This document shows, piece after piece, positions 27,276-37,470 of a DNA stretch of 64,000 nt. The notes under the pieces were generated by a model. That model had not been told where the DNA came from, ran no database searches, and was given only the letters and a program-made list of their open reading frames with translations. Position numbers and translations under genes: made by a program. Origin of the DNA: Candidatus Heimdallarchaeum aukensis (GTDB taxonomy: Archaea; Asgardarchaeota; Heimdallarchaeia; Heimdallarchaeales; Heimdallarchaeaceae); assembly GCA_021513695.1 (NCBI GenBank), contig CP084166.1:1472001-1536000 (forward strand), in the 5' to 3' direction. Numbering within the stretch: position 1 is the stretch's first letter; each line of letters opens with the position of its first letter.

Positions 27276-27806
27276 TTAATCTTCTTCAGTGAATTTTTTT
27301 CCTACTTTTCTTGCAAACTGCTCTATCCTTTCCCAATTTCGATTATCAAGTTGAAAACGGGGCAATCTGCGGAGGATTCTATAGAAGTGTATTTGTGGTA
27401 TGTATAACATTGGAACTCTTCCTCCAAAAGCTTCTTTTTCTATTACTTCTACTCCACTTTCTTCTATGACTTTGTCTAGAAAATGCTCTCTTGCATAGTC
27501 ATACAGGTCTTCTTCACCAGCGAAGCCAGAAGATATAAAAACCGCAACTTTTCTATTACCAAAGTCATTATTTTTTAAAAATTCTTCAGCTTCTTTCACC
27601 CATTTTCCTTCTTTTATCCCACTTCCTATAATTATATGGGGAAAATCCTCTAATTCAGGAAGTTTTTTTCCTTTTTTTATAGTATAAACTTCAACATTTA
27701 GTTTGAATTCTTTTTCAAGAATTTGTTGAATAGTTGCTGCTGCTTCTGTAGTTGCCCCATATCTTGTTCCGTAGGCAATCAATATCTTATCACTCATTTT
27801 AATCAA
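27276..27806 (-). CDS. Flavodoxin-fold protein
   Basis: 'KILIAYGTRYGATTEAAATI' (FMN phosphate-binding loop T/S-x-T-G-x-T) and 'IIIGSGIKEGKW'. Confidence 0.55.
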   Translation of the reverse strand: MIKMSDKILIAYGTRYGATTEAAATIQQILEKEFKLNVEVYTIKKGKKLPELEDFPHIIIGSGIKEGKWVKEAEEFLKNNDFGNRKVAVFISSGFAGEEDLYDYAREHFLDKVIEESGVEVIEKEAFGGRVPMLYIPQIHFYRILRRLPRFQLDNRNWERIEQFARKVGKKFTEED

Positions 27807-27873
27807 TAAAGTTTACTTTTTGCGATTAAAAGGCTTTTGAATTTACAAAATTAGCATTTTTCATAAAAAAGAA

Positions 27874-28479
27874 TCAGTCATACTTTTTTTCTAAATTATT
27901 TATTACGCGTTCTAAAATTATCTTTTCTTCTTCATTTTCCTCTTTAATCATTAGATTCCAAAGAATAGGTAGAGACTTTTTAGTTGCATATTTAGTGATT
28001 AGACTTAAAGCTAGTTTTTTAGGAAAAGATTCATTCTCATTTGATATTATAGTTAACAATATTTTTTCCATCTCATCGTTACTTAGTTTCTTTCTTTCGT
28101 GTATTTTTCTTAGGGCTGTCCCTTTAATAATTCCTGATAAACCCCTTCTTACTTCCTTTACAAGAAAATCTTTGCTATCAAAGTTTTCATATTCAGCTAA
28201 AGTTTCAATAATAGCGATTTTTACACTTTCATCTTTTTCTCTATAATACATTCTTTCAAGTTTTTCTCCATTATTTTTTGAATCATAATTTTTCAATTGA
28301 ATAGCTGCTAAAACTCGAACCTTATAAAATTGCTCTTTTTCTATTACTTCAAACAAGAAATCTGCAATATCTGGATCACGTAAATTGTTCCATGCAATGA
28401 GTAGATCGATTTTTTCTTTATCGTTACCTTTTTTGAATTTAGATTTCATTTTTGAAGGTTCTATATTCATCAAAAACAA
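27874..28479 (-). CDS. HEAT/PBS-lyase-like repeat protein (hypothetical)
   Basis: Repeated ~30-aa helical units with 'VRV.A...L' and 'A.R.I' patterns; no catalytic motifs. Confidence 0.35.
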   Translation of the reverse strand: MFLMNIEPSKMKSKFKKGNDKEKIDLLIAWNNLRDPDIADFLFEVIEKEQFYKVRVLAAIQLKNYDSKNNGEKLERMYYREKDESVKIAIIETLAEYENFDSKDFLVKEVRRGLSGIIKGTALRKIHERKKLSNDEMEKILLTIISNENESFPKKLALSLITKYATKKSLPILWNLMIKEENEEEKIILERVINNLEKKYD

Positions 28480-28550
28480 TTCAGTTTTTTCTATAAAAAG
28501 AAATCGAATTGGTGTTTAAATAGCTCCATATTATTATACCTAGGAGGAAG

Positions 28551-29132
28551 TTGACGTTAAGAATTGCAATAGAAAATAAAGAAAATAAAAAGGATAAGTT
28601 TGCTATAGTATACTTTAGCGATAAAGGTTTCACAGTTTTTTCAACAAATATCTTTGATAAGAAATTGCTTACAAATTTAGAACATTATCCTACACTAATT
28701 GGTATTATGCAAAATCAAGATCCTTCTGGTTTAACTACAACAAAGGTTGATGATGATAATTATCTTTACACATATATTATGAATTTAAAGAACCCAGAAG
28801 CTAGAGACCCCAGACTTAAAAAAAATACTATGACAGCGATCAACTTCCTCGTCAATAAGGAAACAAACAGAAAAATAATCCTTTTTTATGATGAATTTGA
28901 AAAATTTTTAGATGATTTTTTTTATCCTGTTGTTTTTTTGGATGATTTATATGCTATCGATTTTTCCAAATTAATTTTGAGATTTCTAAATATAGTTGAT
29001 AACCAAACTGAAATTGACCATTCTTTACTTGAAATTTCAGAAGAAGCAGTACTAAAAGAAAGAAACAACCCTCAATTATCTTTAGCAGTAGAATTTAATA
29101 AATGGATTGAAGATAATCGTCAAGTAGATTAA
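28551..29132 (+). CDS. Hypothetical protein (193 aa)
   Basis: ORF with a TTG start and no recognisable family. Confidence 0.3.
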   Translation: MTLRIAIENKENKKDKFAIVYFSDKGFTVFSTNIFDKKLLTNLEHYPTLIGIMQNQDPSGLTTTKVDDDNYLYTYIMNLKNPEARDPRLKKNTMTAINFLVNKETNRKIILFYDEFEKFLDDFFYPVVFLDDLYAIDFSKLILRFLNIVDNQTEIDHSLLEISEEAVLKERNNPQLSLAVEFNKWIEDNRQVD

Positions 29133-29206
29133 CTATTTGTCTATTGGACAATATTTTAAATCGGTTTGATAAACAGTCATTTAACTACTTAAAAAAATGG
29201 GATATT

Positions 29207-30124
29207 ATGCTCGAGATTAGATTTCATGGACGAGGAGGAACTGGAACTGTCACTGCTTCTCGTGCTTTAGCTAAAGCAGTATTCTATGAAGGAAAACATG
29301 CTGTTACATTTCCTTCTTTCGGCGCAGAAAGGAGAGGAGCTCCTGTCTTAGCTTTTGCTAGAATAGATGACAAAAAAATAACAAAACGAACTCAAATATA
29401 TGAACCAGATGTGGTTGTAGTACTAGATGATTCGCTTCTTGAATTAACAGATATAGCCAAAGGCCTAAAAGAAAACGGGATATGTGTTGTTAATACAAAA
29501 AAGAAACCAGAAGAGATACAACTATCAAAAGTTGTAAAAGTAGCTACTGTCGACGCTTCAAAAATTGCAAAAGAGGAAATAGGCCTAGAAATAACAAATA
29601 GTGCGATTTTAGGAGCACTAGTTAAGAGTGTAAATATCGTTTCCCTAGACAATTTATTAAAAGCAATAAAAGAAGTATTTGCCGTAAAATTAGGAAAAAC
29701 TGCAGCAGAAAAAAATTGCAATGCTGCAAGAAGAGCGTATAATGAAATAATTTTTGGTCAATCTAAGGATGGTAAATCATATCAAGAGCATCAACCTTGG
29801 CTACCAACTGTTGACGAATTACCAATTGGTACAATAATTCCAAAAACCAAAGTAGAAACAGGTCAAATGATAGGACCAGGAACAGCGAACACTAGAATAA
29901 CAGGTACTTGGAGTCATAAAAAAGCATTTATTGATACTGAAAAATGCATAAAATGTCTACAATGTGTATTTCATTGTCCCGAGGGGACTATTCATAGAGA
30001 AGAAGATATAATTAAAGTTGATTGGACATATTGCAAAGCTTGTGGTATTTGTATAAATGTTTGTCCCAAATCAGCTATTACATTCATAACTGTGAAAGAT
30101 ATTGCAGAAATAATAAACAAGTGA
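29207..30124 (+). CDS. 2-oxoacid:ferredoxin oxidoreductase gamma subunit fused to a delta-type 2x[4Fe-4S] ferredoxin domain (PorG-PorD-like fusion)
   Basis: The N-terminus 'MLEIRFHGRGGTGTVTASRALAKA...FPSFGAERRGAPV' is the canonical POR/KOR gamma start. The C-terminus 'CIKCLQCVFHCPEG' and 'CKACGICINVCPKSAI' are two 4Fe-4S motifs as in the delta subunit. No alpha/beta subunit genes are adjacent. The track ORF starts 21 codons upstream at 29144. Confidence 0.7.
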   Translation: MLEIRFHGRGGTGTVTASRALAKAVFYEGKHAVTFPSFGAERRGAPVLAFARIDDKKITKRTQIYEPDVVVVLDDSLLELTDIAKGLKENGICVVNTKKKPEEIQLSKVVKVATVDASKIAKEEIGLEITNSAILGALVKSVNIVSLDNLLKAIKEVFAVKLGKTAAEKNCNAARRAYNEIIFGQSKDGKSYQEHQPWLPTVDELPIGTIIPKTKVETGQMIGPGTANTRITGTWSHKKAFIDTEKCIKCLQCVFHCPEGTIHREEDIIKVDWTYCKACGICINVCPKSAITFITVKDIAEIINK

Positions 30125-30179
30125 TTTTTTAGTTTAAAATGTAGAAATCTGTTAATCTTCTTTCTTTTTGATGTTTTAC

Positions 30180-31073
30180 TTATTTGTATTTATCTAGTTT
30201 GTCTCCCTTATTGTGAAACTCTTTATAAACATCAAAACTTATTACATCGTCTTTTTTTGAAGAAAAATCTAAAGGCTCTCCTTCATCATATTCTTCATCA
30301 AATTCTTCATCAAAACTATCAAAGTCATCGTCATCAACAAATTCATCAAAACTATCTTCTGTTTCCCAAAAGATCATTTCATCTGGTTCAACAAATGAAG
30401 AGTCGAACATGTTTAATTTATCAGATTTTAAGTCTAAACCAAATATTTTTTCTAGTTCCTTAAGTGCAATTAGAGCTGCTTCACTGTCAGCTTCAAAGGT
30501 ATTACAGTAAGATAGTACAACTAATGTAGCTAATGAATAAGCGCTGGATTCCATAAGTAAATAATGAATTGGACCTTTTATTGATAAATGATCTTTGAAA
30601 GTTCTTTTTACTCCAAATTGTTCTGAGTATTTTACAGTAGGTATTAATGCCACCCATGAATCATTTGAAGAATTCCTTATTTCTTCTCTCAGACCACCTA
30701 TTGCAATATATCTTTTAGCTTTCCAGGAAAGAATCTCTTGACTGATCATTTTCCAGAAAACATCAGGAAAAGCTCGAACTCCAATAACAGGCACATTTAA
30801 CCTGGATGATACCAGAACGAATTTTTCTTTGGGATCGTTTGATTTAATATCTAGTTTGAAAACAGTAATGGGAGCTTCAATTCGATCATTATGAAACCAA
30901 CTTACTGGACCCCAAAATCCAATTGGTGTAACTTTAAAAGTCTCTGCCAAGTGATTTGCGACCAGTCTCCCTACAGAACCATAACCCGAGAAGCCAATAA
31001 TAACTGTTGTATTTTCATCGATAATATTGGAATCGATTGAAAAATGTTGTGAGATTACAAGAGATTCTTTCAT
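30180..31073 (-). CDS. PAC2 (proteasome assembly chaperone 2)-family protein with a poly-acidic C-terminal tail
   Basis: 'TVIIGFSGYGSVGRLVANHLAETF' resembles the PAC2-family N-terminal motif (lIaGFPGiGlVG.iA..yLi). The C-terminus 'DEFVDDDDFDSFDEEFDEEYDEGE' is strongly acidic. Confidence 0.45.
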   Translation of the reverse strand: MKESLVISQHFSIDSNIIDENTTVIIGFSGYGSVGRLVANHLAETFKVTPIGFWGPVSWFHNDRIEAPITVFKLDIKSNDPKEKFVLVSSRLNVPVIGVRAFPDVFWKMISQEILSWKAKRYIAIGGLREEIRNSSNDSWVALIPTVKYSEQFGVKRTFKDHLSIKGPIHYLLMESSAYSLATLVVLSYCNTFEADSEAALIALKELEKIFGLDLKSDKLNMFDSSFVEPDEMIFWETEDSFDEFVDDDDFDSFDEEFDEEYDEGEPLDFSSKKDDVISFDVYKEFHNKGDKLDKYK

Positions 31074-31131
31074 TTTTATCTTGAGCTAAAAATAAAAGGT
31101 GGGTAAAAAAATTTGTTGTTGTGCAACTTTT

Positions 31132-32580
31132 TTATTCTTTTCTTCTTACATTTGCTTTGGAAATAAATTCTTCTTCAGCTGGCCAAAGAAGTGTAGCTAT
31201 AGTAGTTAAAATTAATAGAAAAACAATAGGTATCATTAAGCCAATCATATTATAATAGAAGTAAATGTCTCCTACAAAACTATAAACAACTATCAAAGCC
31301 ACACCACCAAGAACAATTCCTATTATTTCACTTAATGACATTATTGTTTGCTGTACGCTCATTGTTGTGCCATGCCTTTCTTCTTTAAAACCTATAGAAG
31401 AACTGTCTCCTAATCTTCCGCTAATTGCAGGGAAATACGCTGAAGCAAGAATCACAAAAATGACAAGTAATGTGATAATCCATGAATGATCCAAAATAGA
31501 AGATAAATCATCAGGATCAACATAGTTACCAAAATAAGAAAAACCTAACATAAAGGTCATTCCGATCATCCCAAAGACCCCAATAGCTAGTGTTTTTTTA
31601 CGACCTATTTTATCAGCCACATAACCCCAAAGAGCCATTGGAGCACCCATAAGTAAAGTCAAAAGAACAGTTACTGTACTACCAACATCGGCACCTGTTT
31701 CCAAAGAAATAACAAGAAAAGCCCAATTATTCAGAATCCCAATAATTGACGCAGTCCCTACTAATGGAAGAATAATCCCTCTTCTATCTTTATTTGTTAA
31801 AAGATTCCAAGATGCAAGTAACTGCTTTTTTAAACTAAAGCTACTTTTAGAAATAACGGGTCTTGTTTTTTCCACTGAAAAATAGACAACTAGAGCAGAA
31901 ATTATTAGAAAAAAAGCGAAAACTAGATATTCATAAACCAACCATGAAGGCCTTAGTGGTTGCCAAGCCACATCATCACTCTGCCCTACAAAGAATTTGT
32001 AGAGAAATCCAGCTAAAACCACTCCAGTTGATCTTCCTGCAGTCACAGCAACATTGTATATTCCCATTCTTGTTGCACGATTTTCATAGACACTGAAGCG
32101 AGATATATATCCATAAGACGCATTAACTTTGGCGCTGCCTGCAATTCCATGAATAAAGTGATAAACACTCATTCCGAATATAATTAGTCCATTTGCAAGA
32201 GGAACAATACCTATTAATCCTTGCCAGTTAAATGCGCAAACACCGTAACCAAAGAGAACTAAACCACCACTTGCTGTTCCAAAAAGAATCCATTTCTTTG
32301 CATCATCAAGATCTGCTTTACTTCCGAAATAACCTGATGAAGCGATGACAGCAAGTGCGTAAGTTACCTCAACAATCATTATAGCTATATTTGCTATCCA
32401 CCCCTCCATTCTTAGGTGCTTGTAAATATACAAAGGCATTAAAACTGTAGTACTACCAAAAGCAACTCGTAAGAAAAAGGTTGAAACTATAATACCTAAA
32501 AAAGAACGTTTCTGGTGCTTTAGCATGAATAACTTTTCGCCTTCTTTACTGTCAGTTGATTTATCTATCATTGTTTTCAC
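31132..32580 (-). CDS. MFS-type transporter (12-14 TM)
   Basis: 482 aa, highly hydrophobic, with paired 6+6 TM organisation and Gly-rich TM helices. Confidence 0.65.
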   Translation of the reverse strand: MKTMIDKSTDSKEGEKLFMLKHQKRSFLGIIVSTFFLRVAFGSTTVLMPLYIYKHLRMEGWIANIAIMIVEVTYALAVIASSGYFGSKADLDDAKKWILFGTASGGLVLFGYGVCAFNWQGLIGIVPLANGLIIFGMSVYHFIHGIAGSAKVNASYGYISRFSVYENRATRMGIYNVAVTAGRSTGVVLAGFLYKFFVGQSDDVAWQPLRPSWLVYEYLVFAFFLIISALVVYFSVEKTRPVISKSSFSLKKQLLASWNLLTNKDRRGIILPLVGTASIIGILNNWAFLVISLETGADVGSTVTVLLTLLMGAPMALWGYVADKIGRKKTLAIGVFGMIGMTFMLGFSYFGNYVDPDDLSSILDHSWIITLLVIFVILASAYFPAISGRLGDSSSIGFKEERHGTTMSVQQTIMSLSEIIGIVLGGVALIVVYSFVGDIYFYYNMIGLMIPIVFLLILTTIATLLWPAEEEFISKANVRRKE

Positions 32581-32910
32581 TTAATTGTTTAGACAGCAAT
32601 AGAGCAAGCTTATTAAATTTATTGTTTAAATTTCTAAATCTTTGAGATTTTAAGTGTTAATGTAACAATGGAAAACTAATTTCAAACTTATTTAATTTAA
32701 AATTCAAATATAAGTGTAAGAAAATTTTAAATGTTTTAACGCCAATGTATTTGTAATAAGAAAAGAAGTAGCATATTGATCTATATTGAGATACTGATTC
32801 CGATAGATTTTTATGCTCCTTCTGTTATATGCAAAATATTTAAGAATGGCAGTGTCCATAACATATAATGATATAATTAAAAAAGCTAGATTAAAAATAA
32901 AGGTGGAAAA

Positions 32911-33333
32911 ATGTCAGAAAATAGCGTTACTATGGCAAAAATGACCAAATTAGTGGCAGAGGAACCAATCGAGTTACCTGAAGAATTTTTGGAAGCTCTT
33001 AAACCAGATGGAAAGAGTCATGCAGTGTTAATTTTAGCACCGAATACTAGAATAATAAGAATCATACCCACAGAATCGCCTGAAGTGATAAAGATTAATA
33101 TCAATATAGGAAAACTTTCTCCAGATTTCCTACGTAAAATGGGATCAATCTTTATTCGACTTGGGATTAAAACTTTGTACAGCACTGGGTTGTGTTTCAC
33201 TCAAAGCGCATGTGTATACGAAGGGTACATAGATAGTGAAGAGTTAAAAGAAGTTTCTATCGACACAATAAAGGACGAGTTAGAGAGAATAGAAGGCGTT
33301 TCTAGCGTCGAAGTAGAACATCTAACAGTGTAA
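32911..33333 (+). CDS. Hypothetical small regulatory-type protein (140 aa; possible swapped-hairpin N-terminus plus ACT-like C-terminus)
   Basis: 'HAVLILAPNTRIIRIIP', then 'KININIGKLSPDFLRKMGSIFIRLGIKTLYST...DTIKDELERIEGVSSVEV'. Weak resemblance only. Confidence 0.3.
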   Translation: MSENSVTMAKMTKLVAEEPIELPEEFLEALKPDGKSHAVLILAPNTRIIRIIPTESPEVIKININIGKLSPDFLRKMGSIFIRLGIKTLYSTGLCFTQSACVYEGYIDSEELKEVSIDTIKDELERIEGVSSVEVEHLTV

Positions 33334-33448
33334 TATGTTTGGTTCCCAGACTCAACATGATTCTTTCTATTTTTTATTTATTAATTGATATTTTATTAAA
33401 AATTACGTTATTTTTCTGTTTGTTTTGACGAAAAAAGAATTTACGAAT

Positions 33449-34147
33449 CTAAGCAAGACTATCTACTTGCTCTTTTTTTTCAGAAAGAATTTCTTCTTCT
33501 ACTTCTCCTAGTACCCAGTCACCTAGAGAGATAGAAAAAGTTGTATCTTGATGTCCGGGGCATTCAATACGAATCGTTAAACTTTTTTTTGTTTTTTCGA
33601 TAATAGTGGGAACCAGACAGTTATCTTCTAGAATATCTATTAAAGCTGAAACATAAGTATCAGAGATCGAGCTTATACTTTCTTCTTGAATTCTATTTCC
33701 CAAAGGACCTAACTTATAACAAGTTTTTCTACCTTCTTTATATTTAGAAATAAGCCCTGCTTCTATCATTCTTTCTACATGATGTCGTACTGTATCATGA
33801 TGTAAATTAAGTTCTCTTGCAATATCAGATTGATAGGTTCCTTCATTATTCGCTATACAACTAAAAATTTTTTTAGCTGTTGGATGTTTTATTGCAGTAA
33901 AAGCCTTTTCTACCTCTTCTGTTCTAAGATTTCTGGGATAATAGACCCTTTTTCCACCAAATTTTATAGATTTTATCAAATTAGCTTTTTCTAGTTGTCT
34001 TAAGTGCCAGTCAATAGTTCCCTGAGGGAGAGACAAAATATTGGAGAGTTCAAAGAAATACAGACCTGGTGTTTCACAAAGTATCTTATAGATTTCTTTT
34101 CTTTGAGGATGCAAAATTAATGTTTGCTCTTTCCTTTTTATAGGCAT
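33449..34147 (-). CDS. Transcriptional regulator with two winged-helix (ArsR/TrmB-like) DNA-binding domains
   Basis: wHTH 1 'RKEIYKILCETPGLYFFELSNILSLPQGTIDWHLRQLEKANLIKS'. wHTH 2 'AKKIFSCIANNEGTYQSDIARELNLHHDTVRHHVERMIEAGLISK'. Divergent from the MoxR operon (130-bp intergenic region). Confidence 0.6.
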   Translation of the reverse strand: MPIKRKEQTLILHPQRKEIYKILCETPGLYFFELSNILSLPQGTIDWHLRQLEKANLIKSIKFGGKRVYYPRNLRTEEVEKAFTAIKHPTAKKIFSCIANNEGTYQSDIARELNLHHDTVRHHVERMIEAGLISKYKEGRKTCYKLGPLGNRIQEESISSISDTYVSALIDILEDNCLVPTIIEKTKKSLTIRIECPGHQDTTFSISLGDWVLGEVEEEILSEKKEQVDSLA

Positions 34148-34277
34148 AATGTCCCTCTCACAATATTATATTTACTACTTCTTTGTTAAAAAACTTTTTT
34201 GAGAAACAAGACTAAATTCGAGAAATGATAAATATATAGATTTTTAAGTGAGTATAGCGAGTTGTTTTTGAGTAGAA

Positions 34278-35279
34278 ATGGGTGCAACAAAAAGCAAAAA
34301 AACGAGCACTAAAGAGATTAATATAGAAGATATTTCTATCAAAGTTCAAGAAATAAAAAAGGAAATTGCTAAAGTAATTGTAGGACAAGAAAAGGTTATT
34401 GATGCTCTAATAACAGCTGTGCTAGCAGATGGTCATGTTTTATTAGAAGGAGTTCCTGGAATTGCAAAAACATTGATGGTAAGAGCTCTTTCTAAGGCTA
34501 TTTCTGCAGAATTTAAGAGGATCCAATTCACTCCAGACTTGATGCCATCAGATGTAACTGGAGTTATGGCTTATCGTCCCGAAACGGGTGAATTTTATTT
34601 CAAAAAGGGACCAGTTTTTACAAATATTTTACTTGCAGATGAAATAAATCGAGCTCCACCTAAAACACAAGCAGCAATGTTAGAGTCTATGCAAGAAAAA
34701 CAAGTTTCTGTTGAGAAACAGACCTATTCACTCCCAGATCCATTTTTAACTTTTGCAACACAGAATCCACTTGAACAAGAAGGAACTTATCCTCTTCCAG
34801 AGGCACAAATAGACAGATTTGCATTCAAGCTTCTGGTTGATTATCCTGAGGAAGAAGAAGAGATCCAGATAGTTAATAGGTTTACTGGAGAATATGATTC
34901 TTATGATAAATTAGAAGATGTCAAACCAGTATTAGGTTCAAAAGAAATAATTGAATTTCAAAAATATATCAGAAAAAATATTTCAATTTCTGAAGAATTA
35001 TCAAGATACATAGTAAGAGTTGTTAGCCTTACCAGAGAAAGTGAAGAAGTCGCAATTGGTGCAAGCCCAAGAGCGAGCCTATGGTTGACAATCTCTGCAA
35101 AGGCTTCTGCTGCTATGGCAGGAAGAAAATTTGTTAAACCAGAAGACATCCAAAAAGTTGCAGTAAATGTTCTCAGACATAGAGTAATAATCAAGCCTGA
35201 ATATGAATTTGATGGAACAACTTCAGAGATGATTATTGATAGAATAATAAAACACACTCCAGCACCTGTAGTAGAATAA
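34278..35279 (+). CDS. MoxR-family AAA+ ATPase
   Basis: Walker A 'LLEGVPGIAKT', Walker B 'LLADEINRAPPKTQAAMLESMQEKQVSV', the MoxR-specific 'TQNPLEQEGTYPLPEAQIDRF', sensor 2 'GASPRAS'. Length 333 aa. Confidence 0.9.
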   Translation: MGATKSKKTSTKEINIEDISIKVQEIKKEIAKVIVGQEKVIDALITAVLADGHVLLEGVPGIAKTLMVRALSKAISAEFKRIQFTPDLMPSDVTGVMAYRPETGEFYFKKGPVFTNILLADEINRAPPKTQAAMLESMQEKQVSVEKQTYSLPDPFLTFATQNPLEQEGTYPLPEAQIDRFAFKLLVDYPEEEEEIQIVNRFTGEYDSYDKLEDVKPVLGSKEIIEFQKYIRKNISISEELSRYIVRVVSLTRESEEVAIGASPRASLWLTISAKASAAMAGRKFVKPEDIQKVAVNVLRHRVIIKPEYEFDGTTSEMIIDRIIKHTPAPVVE

Positions 35280-35293
35280 AAAGGGCGATTAAG

Positions 35294-37468
35294 TTGAAAT
35301 CGATTAAATCGAGAATCTTCCTTTTGATATTAATTCTGGAATTCATAGTTATAGGTGCACTAAGTGTTACAAAAGTAACATTATCTAATCATCAAAACAT
35401 TGTTCAAGCAGAAGAAGGAGATTTGACAGTAACAATCCGAAGAGAGCAAATTTATTATAAAAATAACACAGAACTAACTAGAGGATATATTTATTGGGCA
35501 GACTTAAAAGGAGGAACTTTGATACTTTATGGAAATACTTCTTCATCAGAAATGTTCTCTTACGCATTTTGGGATTCAGTAGGAAATTATTCAAGTGACA
35601 GATTAACTTTCTATCCAGACAGAATAGAGATTCAGATTAGAACAACAGAATTATACTACGAGATATATGGTGCTTATCACCCAGATTATTTTATCGACAC
35701 TAATTTCATTGTAATCTTTGACACATTTTGGGCGCAGTTTAGTTATATTACTCCAGAAGGAGAAGAAAGGTATGCACCTGTCAATTATTATAATAAACAA
35801 GTACTTCCTGAAGGAGCAGGACTGGTAAGTTATGCCCCTACTGATGGAGCTCTAATTGAAAAAGTAGGAGAAGAAATATATGCAATCGTATGGGAATATA
35901 AAGAAAGAATGATGGATCCATTTCACGAACCCTTTCCCTATGAAATAACTTATACATTTGACCCAATTTATTTGGCTTTCACTGAACAAATGTTTCAGAA
36001 CCAACAAGAACGACAAAAAAATGAAAATGAAAAGAATTTGTTAGATATGCTTAAAACCTATTTTAAATTGATTGCATTTCTTGCTGTTATTCTTAGTATT
36101 GTTGCTGCGATATTTGGTTATTTACGTGCAAGGCATAAGTTCAAGTCAAAGCTACAAGAAGCAATCAACCTACCTAAAAGAATGTTAAAAGATATTGAGA
36201 GAGAAGTTGAACCTTCAAAACGGGTATCATCCATGTTTAGTGCGGGTTTCTTTCTGTTTTTGTTACTGATGCCCGTAGTAACATCACAATTACAAGACGT
36301 ACAAACTACTGAACCGATGTTAGTAAATAATAATACACAGATTGGTTTAGCAGGGCTTAACTCATCTCTTAAACAAGAGGATCGTGATATTCAATATACC
36401 GCAATTATTGATTTAGGAAAAACAGGAATTTCCTTTGAGACAGTAATAATGGAACTTCCCTATACAGTAGAAAATTTCAGCATTTGGGTAAACACTGAAA
36501 GTGTCATAGAGTTTAACGCTTATGACAGTTCTGGTTTACCAATTTCATATCAAGAATTTTCTGATCACTACTTGATACGCAATGTAAAAGGGTATATTAG
36601 ATACGAAATTATTAAACCCTATCAATATTATAACAATAGTAATATTTTAGTGTATATAGACTATTTTTGGCTTAATTTCTTTGATTACGAGATAGGAAAT
36701 TATTCAAGAGCAGATATTCAATATACTCTTATCCTCCCAGAGGATTCTATATTATATAGTGCTTCGCCAGAATCAATTCTTACTCTTGGAAAAACTCCAG
36801 AGGGAAGAAGAAAGGTAACTTTTACAGACTATAATCGCCAGATTGACCCTTACCATGACTTATTTTCTTGCCAAGTCACGTACTCATTTATTGATGTTTT
36901 AGACGCAATAGAAAATGAATCAGCGCGTTTCGAACACTTTAGGGTGGAAACTAAACTCACTCAAGAACAGATAAACACTCTTACAAAAAACATAATGTTT
37001 CTCGCGTTTATTGCAATTATCGCACCAATATTAGCTTTCTTACTCTCATATTATATTATGAGAAACCGAATGATGAAAAAGATAAAAGAAGAGGAGCAAA
37101 AACATGAGCTTTTAATTTCTGTAGAAGAATTACAGATTAAAGCTCTCAATGAAAGTGGAAAAATCGATGAGAATAAAGAACCATGGAAACCGATGTTAGG
37201 AGGTTATTGGGAACTACTAGCTTACCTTAGTAGATATACTCCTATAAACTTATTATCGCTAGACGATTCTATGCATGAAAAAATTCTCTCAAAATACATT
37301 CCTAAACACTTACGCCAAGAAATTTTTGAGCTTTTATCTACAGGACGAGCCATTTCTTCATCAATAAAAAAAGGAGAAACAATTTATTTCACAAAAAGTC
37401 AAGCTAGAGATTATTTAGAAGCCATAATGAAGGCAATCGAAAAGATGGAAAAAGAAAGGAAAGGATAG
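35294..37468 (+). CDS. Large membrane protein with an internally duplicated ~230-aa extracytoplasmic domain (2x [hydrophobic anchor - domain - TM]) and a ~130-aa cytoplasmic tail
   Basis: TTG start 15 bp after the MoxR stop. Hydrophobic segments near aa 8-25, 257-276, 315-332 and 565-588. The two intervening domains share collinear motifs ('FIVIFDTFWAQFSY..' vs 'ILVYIDYFWLNFFDY..'; 'DPFHEPFPYEITYTF' vs 'DPYHDLFSCQVTYSF'). Confidence 0.5.
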   Translation: MKSIKSRIFLLILILEFIVIGALSVTKVTLSNHQNIVQAEEGDLTVTIRREQIYYKNNTELTRGYIYWADLKGGTLILYGNTSSSEMFSYAFWDSVGNYSSDRLTFYPDRIEIQIRTTELYYEIYGAYHPDYFIDTNFIVIFDTFWAQFSYITPEGEERYAPVNYYNKQVLPEGAGLVSYAPTDGALIEKVGEEIYAIVWEYKERMMDPFHEPFPYEITYTFDPIYLAFTEQMFQNQQERQKNENEKNLLDMLKTYFKLIAFLAVILSIVAAIFGYLRARHKFKSKLQEAINLPKRMLKDIEREVEPSKRVSSMFSAGFFLFLLLMPVVTSQLQDVQTTEPMLVNNNTQIGLAGLNSSLKQEDRDIQYTAIIDLGKTGISFETVIMELPYTVENFSIWVNTESVIEFNAYDSSGLPISYQEFSDHYLIRNVKGYIRYEIIKPYQYYNNSNILVYIDYFWLNFFDYEIGNYSRADIQYTLILPEDSILYSASPESILTLGKTPEGRRKVTFTDYNRQIDPYHDLFSCQVTYSFIDVLDAIENESARFEHFRVETKLTQEQINTLTKNIMFLAFIAIIAPILAFLLSYYIMRNRMMKKIKEEEQKHELLISVEELQIKALNESGKIDENKEPWKPMLGGYWELLAYLSRYTPINLLSLDDSMHEKILSKYIPKHLRQEIFELLSTGRAISSSIKKGETIYFTKSQARDYLEAIMKAIEKMEKERKG

Positions 37469-37470
37469 AA

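Noticed and set aside
29392-29721. 109-aa minus-strand ORF
   Set aside because: Antisense to the PorG-PorD fusion gene; Ser/Thr-rich low complexity.
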